Source of the DNA: Hypanus sabinus
Taxonomy: Eukaryota
Direction: 5' to 3'
Length of the DNA stretch: 64,000 bases
Assembly: GCF_030144855.1 (NCBI RefSeq)
Contig: NC_082733.1
Coordinates: 32,054,001-32,118,000, forward strand
Both the position numbers and the translations under genes were made by a program. The notes under the pieces were generated by a model. It made no database searches. It was given only the letters and a program-made list of their open reading frames with translations, and had not been told where the DNA came from. How positions within the stretch are numbered: position 1 is the stretch's first letter; each line of letters starts with the position of its first letter. This document shows, in pieces, positions 22,871 to 36,752 of the stretch.

Positions 22871-23400
22871 AACACACATAAAATACTGGAGGAACTCAGC
22901 AGGTCAGGCAGCATCAATGGAAATGAATAAACAGTCAAAAAGGATCAACAGTGCTGATGAAGGGCCTCACCTCAAAATGGTGTAATGTTCTTTTGTTAGT
23001 ATCGAGGCCGTCTGACCTGCTGAGTTCTGCCAGCATTTGTGAATATTACTCTGGAATTGGTGGAGACATGACAGAATAGTTTGGAGAGTAGTCTTTCAGG
23101 CACAGAATTCCATGTTTTTTATGGTAGTATATGAATCACAGGTTAGTATATCATATTTTAAATAATCATACATAAACATGAGTTTTCCTGTTTGATTTGA
23201 TTTAGGTATTTGTATTTTGTTCCTGTTCATATCTTTGTACAAAAGATTTAAATCCACTGATACATTTCACTAATTTTTAAGAGGTTTGCTACATTTACAA
23301 TATCTGAAAAGGAGGCTTCATGTATTGAAAACAAGAAAATCCTATTTCATTAAGTGGAAAAAATTTAAAACACCATCTACCAACACAAATGAGAGAAACC

Positions 23401-25002
23401 TTATTCATTCTTTTGCTTTTTCTTCTGTGCAATGTGACAAAGTCTCTTCAGTGCTACAACCACCAGCACTATTGCCATGAGTAACATGGACAACAGTAAG
23501 ACCATCACATCCACACAATAGTAAACATACCAGGGCAGTCGGTAGGATTCAGAACGCAAATGTCCTGCTCCTTTGTGTCGGGCAACGTACTCAATCCAGA
23601 AAACGGCTCGCTCCATTGGCGACTGTGGTTGGTCCCGGTGGAGGGTAGAGAGTTTCTTCATGTTGTCCCGGTAAAATGTGCCATTTATCACCTCATGAAG
23701 TGCCTGCAATAGATTTGTGGAGTGTATGGTTGCAACATTAAGCACCTTTGCTGCACCTCGGGATTCAAGTCGAAGTAAATTGTCAAACTGATCAAAAATT
23801 AGAGGCATGCCAATCACTGGCACCCCGTGGTAGATGGCCTCGTAAATACCATTGGTACCACCGTGCGAAATGAAGACTCGTGTGTTGGGGTGTCCCAGAA
23901 GGTCGTTCTGAGGGATCCATTTTCTCAGTAGTGTATTATTACCTACATTGGGAGGGATTTCTCCATCATATCTCCAAATCACCTTCTGGGGTACTTGAGC
24001 AAATGCCTCAGCTATTTCCATTGTAATCTGCTTTGGCAAGGAATGGATAAAAGATCCTAATGACATCACTATAAGTCCATGCTTTCCTGAGCTTTGAACA
24101 AACTCTTCAAACTCTGCCGCTAGTGGTTGGGCTGGTTTACACTGGAAGCCTCCAATGTAGACAATATTTGGCATGGTGGGTCTTGGGAATTCAAGTACAA
24201 AATCGACTCTCATCAGCCACACATCAGCCCTCAGCAGAATTGTCTTGATATCTGTGTCTGGACCCAAATATCGATGACAGAGCTCATTGTATTTGGGATA
24301 AATGGTAAGTTCTACAATGGATTGAAAGATTAGATGTTGGATGAAGTTTTGTGTTCTTTGAAGAAAGGACATTTTGTCTGTTAGGTTTGAGCCTAAGATT
24401 GGGACATAAGAAAGGGGGGATGGGACAAACAAGAAGTGAGCCTCACCAGATTCTAACCATCGAACATTATACACCAAAGGAAGTTTTAAATAATAAGCAA
24501 GCATTGATCCAGTAACAAAAAAAGGGTCTGAAAGCACCAGGTCAAAGTTTGCCTTTTCAAGTTGGCTTAGTAATGTTTTGTTTTGAAATATTTCACTGAT
24601 AATAAAATGGAAAACATTCTGACAGTTCCGCATAAACTGTAGAACTTCAGACTGGAACTCAATATTGTCACTGAAGCTCCAGCCATCCTTCCCAAGCTGA
24701 AGTGCTTTTTGAAGAATTATACCAACTATATCCTTTACTTCAATGTTTTTCATTGGAATTACGATAGATTGATATAGGTTGGGCCTTTCATTGATGTACC
24801 AACTTTTCTCAATATAAATCACCGTGAAGTTGTGTCCACGAGGTTTCAGTTCCTCCAAGAGAATTCTCATGTTGATCCAATGACTTCCATCGACAGGTAC
24901 AACTAATACATTAGCTGACTGATTGATGGGACAAAGCAAACTGATGATAATACCAAAGAGAAATGGGACAAGTGCTCGGCTTTTCCATCCAGAACCTTCC
25001 AT
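23401..25002 (-). CDS. ugt5: UDP-glucuronosyltransferase (Ugt5-like), copy 2, N-terminal type B
   Basis: Intact ORF with the same motifs as copy 1; ATG at 25002. Confidence 0.93.
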   Translation of the reverse strand: MEGSGWKSRALVPFLFGIIISLLCPINQSANVLVVPVDGSHWINMRILLEELKPRGHNFTVIYIEKSWYINERPNLYQSIVIPMKNIEVKDIVGIILQKALQLGKDGWSFSDNIEFQSEVLQFMRNCQNVFHFIISEIFQNKTLLSQLEKANFDLVLSDPFFVTGSMLAYYLKLPLVYNVRWLESGEAHFLFVPSPLSYVPILGSNLTDKMSFLQRTQNFIQHLIFQSIVELTIYPKYNELCHRYLGPDTDIKTILLRADVWLMRVDFVLEFPRPTMPNIVYIGGFQCKPAQPLAAEFEEFVQSSGKHGLIVMSLGSFIHSLPKQITMEIAEAFAQVPQKVIWRYDGEIPPNVGNNTLLRKWIPQNDLLGHPNTRVFISHGGTNGIYEAIYHGVPVIGMPLIFDQFDNLLRLESRGAAKVLNVATIHSTNLLQALHEVINGTFYRDNMKKLSTLHRDQPQSPMERAVFWIEYVARHKGAGHLRSESYRLPWYVYYCVDVMVLLLSMLLMAIVLVVVALKRLCHIAQKKKQKNE

Positions 25003-26933
25003 ATTAAGACGAATATCCAAAACCTGCTCGAGAATGGAAAAGAAATACTGTTAACAAGACATCAATTTGTTATTCAATTAAATGTGCTAGGTTTTCTAAA
25101 ATTGACTCCTTCTACCTTAGGCCACGAACTTATCAATCACACCTCGTATGTTACATTCAACAATAGCTTATCAAATATTAGGCCAAAACTGATCAGTAAA
25201 TGTTGCACTTCCATTTTGAACTTATGGTTCTTTTGGGAGCCAGCATGGATTCTATGGGCCTCTTCTGACCAATACCCCAACTTCTCTTCCCAATTCCATG
25301 GACCCAGAAGTCCTTAAGTTTCTCCCACAATCTCTTATTCCATCTATGAAGGAGAAGCTTGCTTGGGCACATTCAGCTAGTGCTGAGGAATCTGCCTGTT
25401 GAGTCTATGCCAACATAAACCTGGAATGGAAGATCAACTTTGTGCTTTACAATGGAGGAGAATGGCTCCAGAAGAAATTAGTTTACATTTTATCATACAC
25501 TTAATTTGAAATGTTTAAATGTTTTACATATTTCTTCATGATTGCTTCTGTAAGGTAATCCAAAGTCTTAACACGCATGAATTTGATGTGGATAAATCTC
25601 CCTGCCTCCGAGTCTTAATTGCCTTTTATATATTTTAGTGGCATTTTACAATATGGTCAGTTTATTTTTTTTGGGAGATACAGTTCAATATAGAATAGGT
25701 CCTGAGCAGCACCACCGACAAACTTCAATTTAAACCGAGGTTAATCACAGGACAATTTACAATAACCAATTAATCTATTAAACAGCATGTCTTTGGAATG
25801 TAGGGGGAAACCAGAGGATATGGAGGAATCGCAATCGTTCTATGGGGGTGGGGGTGGTGGTTGGGTAGGTACAAATTCCTTAGAGAGCACACTGAGAGTG
25901 ATCTTCTACCTCCAATCCCCTGGGCTGCAATAGTGTTGTTCTAACTGCAATGCCACTCATTATCCACCCGCACTTTGTTGGGAGGTGGGAAGCAATTGAC
26001 ACACCCAGAGCTCCACACTATGGTCAAAGGGGGAATGCTTATACTACACAGAAAACATACCCTCCCCCGTTACATTTGCTGTTGCAGTTTCCTCAGAGAT
26101 CTGTGGTAGTTTGTTGTCCAATGTAAATTTCCCTGGCGATGGACAAGTGGGGTGGAGGGGTTGGAAGACAAAATGTATGACAGAACATTGGGGAGATAAG
26201 GAAAGGAGAAAATGGGACCAATGTGGTTTTCTTTTGGGAGCCAGTGTGGACTCTGTGGGTCAAGCAACCTGACCAAAAGCCGACAGTAACTCAGATAACC
26301 TCACACCACAACGGTACTTAATAAAGTTGCCACTGAGAGTCTGTTTACTCTTAGATTCCAGTTAATTACACGTGATCTGGTAAACTGTACCTTTGCTGTA
26401 CATTTGGAGACACTGACACTGGCCAAATCTTTTGGATTTATGTTCATCCAAGCTTCCTGCTTTTTGTCATCTGACAGGTGCAAGAATCTGTTACTTTGTC
26501 AAATTGTAACCAGTAAAAACATCTTTACACCAGTAGGTAATTGTGAGTTTTAATTTACTGGTGTTTCAACTCTCCCAACACTCTCTGAATCCCGGAGAAG
26601 GAAACTAAATTCTATCCGTGTCTACATCTTTTACAACTTTGGATTCTGTAAACGGAACAGCGCCGCTCACCGGGACAATTAATATTCATCTCAAACATTA
26701 TTTTCAGTTTTTAACAGCTATAACAACTTAATCCCCACGCTATTAAGCGAAGGAGAGGATAAGAGGGAGTCGAATATTCATCGGTGAACCAGCCTTTCCC
26801 CCGATGCTGCTTCTAAGTATGTTCACTTTGCGAGAACTAGGCACACAGCTTCAGACCAGATTATAAATTGCGTCTGTAAGATTACTTGTACTTTAAAGTT
26901 TCTGTACTTTTTGTCAATTAAATGTAACTTTTC

Positions 26934-27345
26934 ACTTACTTTTTAAGCCGATATTGAGCGTCCGAGGAAGTCTGGTCCTGGAGATAGCGATCAGGCAGGA
27001 CGCAGCGAAGTTCAAGAATTTTCACACGGACCGGATTTTACAGAATCACCAGAAACCGAGTGTAAAGATATCGAAACTGCCTCGTCGTGGTTTATATCGG
27101 TTAGGGCTACCTGAATCACAGGGCGTGTATTCGTGCCAAGTAGGCGATGCCGATCACTAATTGTTCTCGGAAAGTTGTTAGCACACACCTCCTTCAACAG
27201 CCGTAGTCCATGCCAATCATTTCAGAGGGTAAAAAGCGATTTCCTGTGTCTTTGGAGAGGCTCATGATTCCTTCATCCAGAACCTGGAAACCAGCGGGTA
27301 TCCCTCGCTCATACCCTCTTCCTTTGTGATCCGCCCCGCACCTCC
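26934..27345 (-). promoter_or_regulatory. Predicted promoter and exon 1 of UGT copy 2
   Basis: Same motifs; donor at 26939-26934. Confidence 0.55.
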
Positions 27346-28929
27346 TGCAAGAGAGACCCTTTGTTTTCCAGAAACCGGACACTGCGGAGCACTCCCGATA
27401 GTTCCATGACCTCCAACTGGAATGAAAGTTACAGCACGTTAACAAAACTAGCCCAACTAACTGACACAATATTCACAGGCTGAGCAAATGGCTCCTTATT
27501 TCCGCCACATCCAAAACTCTAGTCTACGAAGGTTAACAACACACAGCATTTGCAGAAAAGCTGCTGAAAGCGTAAACGCATAGCAGTGGATATAGTACAA
27601 AACAGGTTCTTAACTCGAGCGTTGCATAGGGTAAGAACTATTGTCATTTAGATGATCCCCAAGACCTGCGCATTAAACCAAGACAGAATCTTATTTCCCT
27701 TAAGGTTAAAAACTGAACAGAAACACTCCTTGAGAACCTCACACATCCTCTGTGATTCGCTACAAGGATGTCCACTTTGGTCTTTAAGGAGCCCTAATTT
27801 CTTTCCAGTTACCATTTTAAACCCTTAATACCATTATAAATCTCTTGGATTTTCCTTCATCTTCTCTGCCGCATCTATCTCATGCTCCCTATTTTTCCCT
27901 TCCTCACTCCCATCTTGAGTAGACTCCTGCAAACCCCACACTCCTTCCAGGTTTCATTTGATCCCAATTGCCTGAACCTGACCCGTGGCTCCTCATTCAT
28001 TCTGAGCAGAACCTCAATACCGCACACTAAATTTTGATTTCACAAGGTTCCCCAGGGCAATCTGCATCTTTTTTTCTGTATTTAAGACACAACGCTCAGT
28101 GGCAACTTTACATAGTACACTTGTACACCTGCTCGTATATGGAAATCTCCAATTAGCTAATAATGTGGCAGCAACTTAATGCATAAAAGCATGGTTAAGA
28201 GGTTCAGTTGTTGTTCAGACCAAACATCAGAATGGCAAAGAAATGTGATCAAAATAACTCTAACATTGGATTGTTTGTTGGTGCCAGATGGGGTGGTTTG
28301 ATAACCTCACAGACTGCTGATCTCCTAGAATTTTCACACACAAGACTCTAGAAAATAGTGTGAAAAACAAAAAAGAACATGTCTTGTTAATATGTGAGGT
28401 TAGTGGTGAATGGCCAAACTGGTTTAAGCTGACAGGGGGAGACAAAAACTCAAATAACCATAAATTTCAAAGTGTTGTGCAGAAAGTACTTGGTGTTTTA
28501 CTCATGTCCTACTTCATGGGTTGTCGTGGGAGATGATTGAATACTCCAATGTTAACAGTGGTATTATGATATGGTACCTCCTGAAACTCTTGCTTCCATT
28601 GAGAATTGATGGCATCATTATCCTTTTGCCCACCTTTGGAGCGAAGGGGATTTAGGCCATGATGGTTTGATTCATACGCTGCCTTGATAGCAAAATAGGA
28701 ACTCCTGATATCACCAGAGTCAGTGAGCTGTTGTATTTCTTGGGCCCTCTCAGTTAACTACTGCTTCTTTATTTTATGTGACCGGCTTTCTCCACTGGCA
28801 GAAAATCTCCTGCCTGGGTTGTAGTGTGGCTTCCTTCCAGACAGAGGAACATTTGATATGATTTTTATAGCACTTCATTTGCAGGAGAAAGCCCAGGAAC
28901 AAAGTGTTCCACTTTATTTGGCCTACATA

Positions 28930-29947
28930 TGTCATGGTGCGATCCTTGAAGCCCCATTCCGGCTCACGCAACCTGTGTCTGGGGCCTCGCCTTGCCTCTG
29001 CCTGGAGCCTTGCCCTGTTTGGAACTGTCTGTCTGTGTCCACGCCGTTGCTAGGTAGGTCCGGCCGTTTTGCCACTACGTAGCATTGGGAACTGTCTTGT
29101 CGTGTTCAGCATTCTCTGTAATGAGTCCTGGCCCTATGTCCTGCATACAAGGAGGGGTCCTAGCTCAATGTTCCATGTTCCTGTCTCTCCCTCGACTCTG
29201 TGTTCTGCGATGCTGTTCTTCCTCAACCCAGGCTCTGTGTTCTGCGTTCCTGTTCTCCCTCAACCAAGGCTCTGTGTTCTGCGTTCCTGTTCCCCTTTAA
29301 CCCAGGCCCTGTGTTCTGCGTTCCTGTTCTTCCTCAACCCAGGCTCTGTGTTCTGCGTTCCTGTTCTCCCTCAACCAAGGCTCTGTGTTCTGCGTTCCTG
29401 TTTTCCCTCAACCTAGGATCTGTGTTCTGCGTTCCTGTTCTCCCTCAACCCAGGCTCTATGTTCGGCATTCCTGTTCTACCGCAACCAAGGCTCTGTGTT
29501 CTGCGTTCCTGTTCTACCTAGACCAGGGCTCTGTGTTCTCATCTTGTCAAAGTGCCTTGCCCAGCCCGGTGCAGGGATTCCCTCGTCCTCTGCTGCGGTT
29601 CCCTTCTCCTGTCCAGGAGTCTAACATCCAGCCCTGTGCCTCTCCTCGTCCTGTAGCCATATCTTGACCTCATCTGGTCCTGGAGTCTGAGCACGAGTCA
29701 AAACCCAGGTTCCGGGTCCTTGTCCAGTCTCTGGCTTGGAGTCCAAACCCAGGCTCCTAGTTCCCAGTTCCATGTCCTGGTTCTGCTATCCTCGTCAAGT
29801 CCTAGCCCAGGCCTGGAATCCTCGTCTCGTCCAGGGCCTCTGTCATGTCCAGCGTCCTTGCTTCCTTCTCTCACCTAGCCCTGTTCCTGGTAGTTCAGTG
29901 TCTGTGTCTTGCATATGGGTCCATTCCCAATGCCCCCCTTTATGACA
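28930..29947. mobile_element. Solo LTR-like insertion (unit 3)
   Basis: Same termini and TSD. Confidence 0.78.
29196..29540 (+). repeat. 37-bp minisatellite, 9 units
   Basis: 333 bp / 37. Confidence 0.95.
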
Positions 29948-31684
29948 TCATAGACCTTATAAAAGCATTTGGCACTGTAAATCATCCTGCCCTTTGGCAG
30001 GTACGTTCTGTCCAAAGTCAGGTAGTCAGAGAAATACCTCAAGATCCAGCAGCTCCTACACAATGATATGAGTGAAAGATTCATCAGCATCAGCAGCTCT
30101 GAAATGGCACCGTTTAAGGTTGAGACTAGGGTCAAACAGGGTCGCATCACCCCCCCCACCCCCAACTCTGCTTGGCATTTTCATTGGAACCATTGTTCAC
30201 CTCACAGGCCAAGACCTCCCACAAGGAGTCCAGATTCTCTATAGGATGAGGGGGTTGTGCTCTTTATACTTAACAGGTTCGAAGCATAGAGCAAAGTGTC
30301 AACTACTTCCATCATGGAAATCCAATCTGCAGATGACAACTCCAACACTGCTCACTCTGAGGAGGATCTGCGGTACATAATGGATGCTTTTACCAGATCA
30401 TACAATCTCCTGGGACTTGAGCTAACATCAAGACAAAACACAAGTCCTGCACCAAGACCCACAAGTGACCAGATATACCAGCATGAGAAGAATCATACTC
30501 GACTATGAGCGATCGATGATGATGTGCAGAAGAGCATCTCTGAATACATAACACATTGAACCTTGAAGTGGATGGCTACAGCAGCAGATTAGAATGAACA
30601 TGCACTCAGTGGGCACTTTACTAGGTACAGGAGGTCATTAACCAACTAGCTATTACGTGCATAAAAACCAATTATAAGTGTATTGTACTCAAGCAAAAAA
30701 CAATGCAATTATTAAGAAATCGATCAGGTGTCACACAGATAAAAGCTCCAGTCTGAACACATTTTAAGGCATCACAGTTTGGAGTGAATACAACAACCTT
30801 TAAGGGGTGATAGGATAAAATATGAGGAGAATTTGCATTGTCTAGGCTTGTAATCAATTGAATCTTGATATTGCAATGGAGTAGAGATACAACATTAATA
30901 CAAGTGTAGGGGGGAGTTCAGGTGCACGCACTTTGCATGTCACAAACTCAGGGCATTTGGAACTCTCTCCACAAAAGTTGCTTGGAATGTTACTTGATTG
31001 ATGAGGATTGATAGAATTTTGAGCAAGTATGTAAAGGTTAATATATCCAAAACATTGATGGTATCTGAATGAAACAACAGGCTTGAGGGACTGTGTGGCT
31101 CATTCCTTGTGAATCCTAAGGATATTGCTGCCCATATATGTGCAGATGATATATGTATATACATTTCTGAAAGATGAAATCTAATAGTTGGGTATGTTAC
31201 TCGTGATTCATACAAACAGCACCAAAGATACCCTTGACATTGAAAGTTGACCTATGCTGCATCAGCAAATATATTTTGGACCAAGCTACCACTAGAATAG
31301 AATAGAATTAATTTGCCAGGCACTAAAATCAGAAAAGTTTCAAAGGAATATATATTTATTTATATAGAATATAAATATAAATCAATTAATTATGTAGTAA
31401 CTATTTAAATTTTTTTAAGTACATTTTTATACATAATCAGTGACATTACATGGAATATGGCAAAGGAATATTACTTTATTAACAGAACTAAAATAGTTGT
31501 AACTATTTTAAAAACAAAAGTAATGTTTGTACATCATCAGTGGCATAACATGGGTGTCACAGCAGTGTAATGGAACCTGATGCTTAGACGTCGAAGAAAC
31601 ATTCCAACATGTGATGTAAGAAGTGACTGCACATCACATGATCAACCAATCTGAGAAATATAGCAATTCCTGTTTAGCAACACA

Positions 31685-34600
31685 ATAGACAATAGGTGCG
31701 GAAGTAGACCATTCGGCCCTTCGAGCCTGCACCGCCATTCTGAGATCATGGCTGATCATCTACTATCAATACCCGGTTCCTGCCTTGTCCCCATATCCCT
31801 TCATTCCCCTATCCATAAGATACCTATCTAGCTCCTTCTTGAAAGCATCCAGAGAATTGGCCTCCACTGCCTTCGGAGGCAGTGCATTCCAGACCCCCAC
31901 AACTCTCTGGGAGAAGAAGTTTTTCCTTAACTCTGTCCTAAATGAACTACCCCTTATTCTCAAACCATGCCCTCTGGTACTGGACTCTCCCAGCATCTGG
32001 AACATATTTCCTGCCTCTGTCTTGTCCAATCCCTTAATAATCTTATATGTTGCAATCAGATCCCCTCTCAATCTCCTTAATTCCAGCGTGTACAAGCCCA
32101 GTCTCTCTAACCTCTCTGCGTAAGACAGTCCGGACATCGCAGTAATTAACCTTGTGAATCTACGCTGCACTTCCTCTATAGCCAGAATGTCCTTCCTTAA
32201 CCCTGGAGAACAAAACTGTACAAAATACTCCAGGTGTGGTCTCACCAGGGCCCTGTACAAATGCAAAAGGATTTCCCTGCTCTTGTACTCAATTCCCTTT
32301 GTAATAAAGGCCAACATTCCAAAAGCCTTCTTCACTGCCTGCTGCACTTGCTCATTCACCTTCAGTGACTGATGAACAAGGACTCCTAGATCTCTTTGTA
32401 TTTCTCCCTTACCTAACTCTACACCATTCAGATAATAATCTGCCTTTCTTTTCTTACTCCCAAAGTGCATAACCTCACACTTATTCACATTAAATGTCAT
32501 CTGCCATGTATCTGCCCACTCACTCAGCCTATCCAAGTCACCCTGAATTCTCCTAACATCCTCATCACACGTCACACTGCCACCCAGCTTAGTATCATCA
32601 GCAAACTTGCTGATGTTATTCTCAATTCCTTCATTTAAATCGTTGATGTAAATGGTAAGCAGCTGTGGTCCCAATACCGAGCCCTGTGGCACCCCACTAG
32701 TCACCGCCTGCCATTCCGAGAAACACCCATTCACCGTTGCGCTTTCCTTTCTATCTGCCAACCAGTTTTCTATCCGTGTCAATATCTTCCCCCCAATGCC
32801 ATGAGCTCTGATTTTACCCACCAATCTCCTACGTGGGACCTTATCAAATGCCTTCTGAAAATTGAGGTACACTATATCCACTGGATCTCCCTTGTCTAAC
32901 TTCCTGGTTACATCCTTGAAAAACTCCAATAGATTAGTCAAGCATGATTTGCCCTTGGTAAATCCATGCTGGCTCGGCCCAATCCTATCACTGCTATCTA
33001 GATATGCCACTATTTCATCTTTAATAATGGACTCTAGCATCTTCCCCACTACTGATGTTAGGCTGACAGGATGATAGTTCTCTGTCTTCTCCCTCCCTCC
33101 TTTCTTAAAAAGTGGGATGACATTAGCCATTCTCCAATCCTCAGGAACTGATCCTGAATCCCAATGTATCCGCAATTTCCAGAGCCACCTCCTTTAGTAC
33201 CCTAGGACGCAGACCATCTAGACCTGGGGTTTGTCAGCCTTCAGTCCCATCAGTCTACTCATCACCATTTCCCTCCTAATGTCAATCTCTTTCATTTGCT
33301 CTGTTACCCTATGTCCTTAGCCCATCCATACATCTGGGAGATTGCTTGTGTCTTCCCTAGTGAAGACAGAGCTAAAGTACTTATTAAATTCTTCTACCAT
33401 TTCTCTGTTTTCCATAACAATTTCACCCAATTCATTCTTCAAGGGCCCAACATTGTTCTTAACTATCTTTTTTCTCTTCACATACCTAAAAAAGCTTTTG
33501 CTATCCTCCTTTATATTCCTGGCTAGCTTGCGTTTGTACCACATTTTTTCTCCCCATATTGCCTTTTTAGTTAAGTTCTGTTGTTCCTTAAAAATTTTCC
33601 AATCATCTGTCCTCCAACTCACCTTAGCTCTGTCATACTTCCTTTTTTTTTAAATGCTATGCAATCTCTGATTTCCTTTGTCAACCACTGTGGCCCCTTT
33701 CCCCCCTTTGAATCCTTCCTTCTCTGGGGGATGAACTGATTTTGCACCTTTTGCATTATTCCCAAGAATACCTGCCATTGTTGTTCCACTGTCTTTTCTG
33801 CTAGGATATCCGTCCAGTTAATTTTGGCCAGCTCCTCCCTCATGACTCCATAGTCTCCTTTGTTCAACTGCAACACTGACACCTCCGATCCGCCCTTATC
33901 CTTCTCAAATAGCAGATAAAAACTTATCATATTATGGTCACTACCTCCTAATGGCTCCTTTACTTCAAGATCACTTATCAAATCCTGTTCATTTCACAAG
34001 ACTAAATCCAGAATAGCCCTGTCCCTGGTCGGCTCTCGTACAAGCTGTTCCAAGAATGCATCCCGTAGGCACTCTACAAACTCCCAATCCTGGGGTCCAG
34101 CACCAACCTGATTCTCCCAGTTCACCTGCAAGTTGAAATCCCCCATAACTACTGGACATTACCTTTGCCACATGCCAATGTTAACTCCCTATTCAACTTG
34201 CACCCAATATCCATGCTACTGTTTGGTGGCCTGTAGACAACACCCATTAGGGTCCTTTTGCCCTTACTGTTCCTCAGTTCTGTCCACACAGACTCCACTT
34301 CTCTTGGTTCTATGTCCCCCCCCCCCCAAAAAGGACTGAATCTCTTTCCTCACCAACAGGGCCACCCCACCCCCTCTGTCCACATTTTTGTCCCTACAAT
34401 AGCACGTATACACTTGTACATTCATTTCCCAGGTCTGATCTCCCTGCAGCCATGACTCCATTATCCCAACAACATCATAGTTACCCATTCGCACCTGAGC
34501 TTCAAACTCATCCGCCTTATTTCTGACACTTCGTGCATTCAGATATAGAATTCTTAGCCTATTTCTCCTCTGTCTGTTTGAATCGCTGCCTATTGTGCTT

Positions 34601-35697
34601 AACCCAGCTCCCCGAACTCCCATCGGGCTACACGCTCCTTGAATTTTGTTGTCCTTCCTAAATTTACTTATTATTTCTGCACATTTAACTCCATGTTCCG
34701 TCAGACCATCCCTCTGTACATGTGTCCTCCTCATCACTTGTTCCGCCTCACCTTTCTCTACTACACACTTAATATTCCGGAACCATGTAGTCCTCACCTG
34801 TCCTTTATTCTTCATCTCGCTATCCTCTCTCGCATTCTGGATCCCTGCCCCCGCAATTCTAGTTTACACACCCCCCGCCCCCCAAGAAGCACCACCAAAC
34901 TTCCCTGCAAGAATGTTAGTACCGCTCAAGTTCAAGTGTAAACCGTCCCGTCGGAACAGATCCCACCTTCCCTGGAACAAAGCCCAAATATCTAAAAACC
35001 TGAAGCCCTCCCTCCTGCACCATCCTCTCAGCCACATATTAATCTGTATAATCCTTCTGTTCCTTGCCTCACTCGCACATGACACAGTTGGCAATCCTGA
35101 GATTGTTACCCTGGAGGTCCTGCCCTTCAACTTTGCACCTAACACCCTGAACTCACTACGCAGGGCCCCTTCACTCATCTTACCCACGTCGTTGGTCCCT
35201 ACATGGACCAAAACATCTGGGGTCTTGCCCTCCCTCTCGAGAATAACCTGCACCCGATCTGAGATGTCCCGGACCCCGGCACCAGGGAGGCAACATACAA
35301 TCGGAGACTCCCGATCTTCTCCACAAAATCTCCTATCTACCCCGCTGACTACAGAATCCCCTATCACTACCGCTCTCTTCTCTTCCCTCCTCCCCTTCCC
35401 AGTCAAGGGTCCAACCTCAGTATCAGAGACAGGACCACTGCAACTTGTTCAATGTAGGTCATCCCCACCAACAGTATCCAAAACAGTATACTTATTCTTA
35501 ATGGGAACTGCCACACGGGTGCTCTGCTCTCTCTGTCTGCTTCACCTGCCTCTCATGACTGTCACCCATTTGCCTATCTCCTGTCTTTTTGGTGTGACTA
35601 CCTGCTGATAACTCTTATCTATCTCTGCCTCTACCTCCTGAATGATCCGTAGTTCATCCAGCTCCTGCTCCAATTCCCTAACTCGGTCTGATAGGAT
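31685..35697 (-). mobile_element. CR1-clade LINE (unit 3)
   Basis: Same element; RT frame open over 31766-33175. Confidence 0.93.
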
Positions 35698-36752
35698 AAC
35701 ACACATAAAATACTGGAGAAACTCAGCAGGTCAGGCAGCATCAATGGAAATGAATAAACAGTCAAAAAGGATCAACAGTGCTGATGAAGGGCCTCACCTC
35801 AAAATGGTGTAATGTTCTTTTGTTAGTATCGAGGCTGTCTGACCTGCTGAGTTCTGCCAGCATTTGTGAATATTACTCTGGAATTCCAGCTGAATCTCTT
35901 GTGCTTATGAAATTGTACTCAGCTCCAACATTGTATATTTCTATCTGTAATTAATTCTCCTTTATCAGAGCTTCAGTCAGATACTTGCATAATAATGCCC
36001 AGGGTTATTGACCAGAAAGTGTAGTTGGAAGATACTTCATTTAGTTATGTGATGAAAAAAACTCCATTACTCATTCATCAGCTTCAGATAGACAAACCAG
36101 TGGGGAGGAATAGGTAAAGAAGAGAGTCACAAAGAGAAAGTGTAGAGAGCGTGAGATTGGGGGGGTGGGGGTAGGGAAAGATGTGCCTCCTGTGTAAATG
36201 GTGAAGTTACCAAAAATGATGTGCTGAGCGGAGTGATTCCAGGTGCATATGCATTTGATGAGGAAATATTGCAAACTAGCTCAAACAACCAAAGAGGGAC
36301 ATTTTTGCCTGTTAAATCATGGCCTACAACAATGGTGACGAAGACCTGGAATGGGCAGCTATGACGAATTGTAAAGGGACAGCAATGTGACCTCTTACCA
36401 TTTGTCAATTGGTGGAGACATGACAGAATAGTTTGGAGAGTAGTCTTTCAGGCACAGAATTCCATGTTTTTTATGGTAGTATATGAATTACAAGTTAGTA
36501 TATCACATTTTAAATAATCATACATAAACATGAGCTTTCCTGTTTGATTTGATTTAGATATTTGTATTTTGTTCCTGTTCATATCTTTGTACAAAAGATT
36601 TAAATCCACTGATATATTTCACTAATTTTTAAGAGGTTTGCTACATTTACAATATCTGAAAAGTAGGCTTCATGTATTGAAAACAAGAAAATCCTATTTC
36701 ATTAAGTGGAAAAAATTTAAAACACCATCTTCCAACACAAATGAGAGAAACC

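Larger units (their letters stand above)
28485..30522 (+). mobile_element. RTE-clade LINE relic (unit 3)
   Basis: Paralogous copy with the same TSD. Confidence 0.78.

Noticed and set aside
31766-33175. Open CR1 RT frames as domesticated genes or an RT-UGT functional system
   Set aside because: These are ordinary CR1 ORF2 remnants with a shared upstream frameshift, broken in two units; the linkage is explained by co-duplication.
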